From Salpingoeca rosetta (Eukaryota > Protista > Choanoflagellata): 64,000 nucleotides of DNA. This document shows, piece after piece, positions 61,679 to 64,000 of the stretch (position 1 is its first letter; every line of letters starts with the position of its first letter). Location: contig JAWQFM010000021.1 in assembly GCA_033442325.1 (NCBI GenBank), forward strand, positions 1,116,480-1,180,479, written 5' to 3'. A program made the translations under genes and the position numbers. The notes beneath the pieces are model-generated. The model worked only from the letters and a program-made list of their open reading frames with translations. It had not been told where the DNA came from and did no database searches.

Positions 61679-62459
61679 CTTGCTGTCTCATCTGCTGCAT
61701 GATGAATTCGGCCATTTCTCGAAGCTCCACGCGTTGGTGGTCGGCCTTCGCCTCCTCACTGATGGCACTCACGCCACCATCGCCGCCACGACCGCCACCA
61801 ACATGACCAGTTGCTCCCTTGCCACCGAGAAGTGGGGGCGGTGACAGCGCCGCGTGTGCGTGTGCGTCTGCGGCCTCTGCCTGATGTGGCGTGAAGGGCC
61901 GACCTGGTTCATGGAGATTCGCTGCCATTCGCGACAGCTCTGGGTGGACCTGAAGTGCAGCAGACCTGCTCATGGTTTGCATCATTGTCGTGCATGTTGT
62001 GTACGTGTGTGCATGCGCGAATGTGTGAATTCATGAATGTGTGAATGCGTGAATATATGTGTGCGTGTGCGCGCGCGCGTGTGTGTGTGTGTCACACAAC
62101 CGTCGCAGTTGCAACAATGCATCCGTTTGACACGACGCGTGTCACACAAAACCGTGAACGAGCACGCGCCAACACCACGCCGCCGCAACAACAACACGAT
62201 TGCATCATACGCGCTTGCGGCATCCTTCACCTGGCGGCAGATCGCTTGAGAAGCGTCACGATGAGCGCCACGAGGGCAAGCACCGCGACAACAGCGAGAA
62301 TGATGATGAAGAGCGTGGACGAGGAAGACGACTTGGACGAGTTTGATGTCGAAGCCGCTGGGCCCGATGACGTTGCGGGCGGCGGGTTGATGGTGACGAC
62401 GAACGGCGATGTCGAGGACGTGGAGCTGATGGCCGGCGCTGGCGGCTTGTCACGAGCCG

Positions 62460-62503
<44 letters not shown>

Positions 62504-62504
62504 G

Positions 62505-62570
<66 letters not shown>

Positions 62571-64000
62571 GATGTGCTTGTGCTGGTACTTGTTGAGGTT
62601 GATGTTGAGGTTGAGGTTGATGTACTCGTGCTCGTCGATGTGCTTGTGCTGGTACTCGTTGAGGTTGAGGTGCTTGTGGAAGTACTGGTGCTTGTTGATG
62701 TAGATGTCGACGACGATGTGGACGTGCTTGTTGAGGTTGAGGTTGAGGTTGAAGTGGAGGTTGATGTGCTTGTTGATGTTGATGTGGATGTGGACGTGGA
62801 CGTGGATGTGGATGTGGATTTGGATGTTGACGTGCTTGTTGATGTGGATGTTGACGTGCTCGTGGAAGTACTTGTACTCGTGCTTGTGGATGTGGATGTG
62901 GACGTTGATGTGCTTGTGCTGGTACTTGTTGAGGTTGATGTTGATGTGGACGTTGATGTTGATGTGCTCGTCGATGTGGAGGTTGAGGTTGAAGTGGAGG
63001 TTGATGTGGAGGTTGATGTGCTTGTACTCGTGCTCGTCGATGTAGAGGTTGATGTTGATGTGGAGGTTGATGTGGAGGTGCTTGTGCTGGTACTTGTTGA
63101 GGTTGATGTTGATGTGGACGTTGATGTTGATGTGCTTGTTGAGGTTGAGGTTGATGTGGACGTTGATGTGCTTGTTGATGTTGATGTGGACGTTGATGTG
63201 CTTGTTGATGTTGATGTGGAGGTGGAAGTACTTGTACTCGTGCTCGTCGATGTAGAGGTTGATGTTGATGTGGACGTTGATGTTGATGTGCTTGTTGAGG
63301 TTGAGGTTGAGGTTGAAGTGGAGGTTGATGTGCTTGTTGAGGTTGAGGTTGAGGTTGAAGTGGAGGTTGATGTGGAGGTTGATGTGCTTGTACTCGTGCT
63401 CGTCGATGTAGAGGTTGATGTTGATGTGGATGTGGACGTTGATGTGCTTGCGCTGGTACTTGTTGAGGTTGATGTTGATGTGGACGTTGATGTTGACGTG
63501 CTTGTTGAGGTTGAGGTTGAGGTTGCAGTGGAGGTTGATGTGCTTGTTGATGTTGATGTGGATGTGGACGTTGACGTGCTCGTGGTAGTACTTGTACTCG
63601 TGCTTGTGGATGTGGAGGTTGATGTAGAGGTTGATGTTGATGTGGACGTTGATGTTGACGTGCTTGTTGATGTTGATGTGGATGTGGACGTTGATGTAGA
63701 GGTGGAAGTACTTGTACTCGTGCTTGTGGACGTTGATGTGGAAGTACTGGTGCTTGTGGATGTGCTTGTTGATGTCGATGTTGACGTGCTCGTGGATGTG
63801 GATGTGGAGGTTGAGGTAGAGGTGCTTGTGCTGGTACTTGTTGAGGTTGAAGTTGATGTGGACGTTGATGTTGACGTGCTTTTTGAGGTTGAGGTTGAAG
63901 TGGAGGTAGAGGTTGATGTGCTTGTTGATGTTGATGTCGATGTCGATGTGGACGTGCTTGTACTCGTGCTTGTGGATGTGGAGGTGGATGTGGACGTTGA
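59632..64000 (-). CDS. Partial (5' end beyond window) mucin-like single-pass membrane protein: long (ST)n/(T)n ectodomain, TM helix, multi-exon cytoplasmic tail
   Basis: STST repeat frame at 62460-64000; TM LFIIILAVVAVLALVALIVTLL followed by KR; six downstream exons join in phase to a stop at 59632. Confidence 0.75.

Overview
Intron-rich eukaryotic DNA full of (CA/GT)n microsatellites. Intron style, codon usage and gene families suggest a choanoflagellate such as Salpingoeca rosetta (inference). The window has three zones. (1) 1-9.1 kb: the micro-exonic 5' end of a minus-strand gene, head-to-head with a 9-exon, ~1718-aa gene of architecture TKL kinase-Roc-COR-TIR-SAM-like. (2) 9.3-34.1 kb: a ~25-kb nest of transposons bounded by near-identical ~2.47-kb inverted repeats. 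It holds two copia retrotransposons, three PIF/Harbinger elements and several LTR copies. Each repeat arm carries a spliced, apparently non-coding unit with H/ACA-snoRNA-like RNAs in consecutive introns. One Harbinger transposase is intact except that two internal exons lie on the opposite strand. Another Harbinger encodes a PHD-finger/Myb accessory protein. (3) 34.1-64 kb: a TIR/HET-like-TPR protein ending in CaaX, a giant secreted FG-GAP/CBM-like/mucin protein with a compositionally foreign ~327-bp stretch inside a Ser/Thr exon, another secreted Ser/Thr-rich protein, a TatD nuclease and a partial mucin-like membrane protein. Five N gaps fall inside the TE nest, so its fine structure is assembly-dependent. 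All exon models were built by eye.
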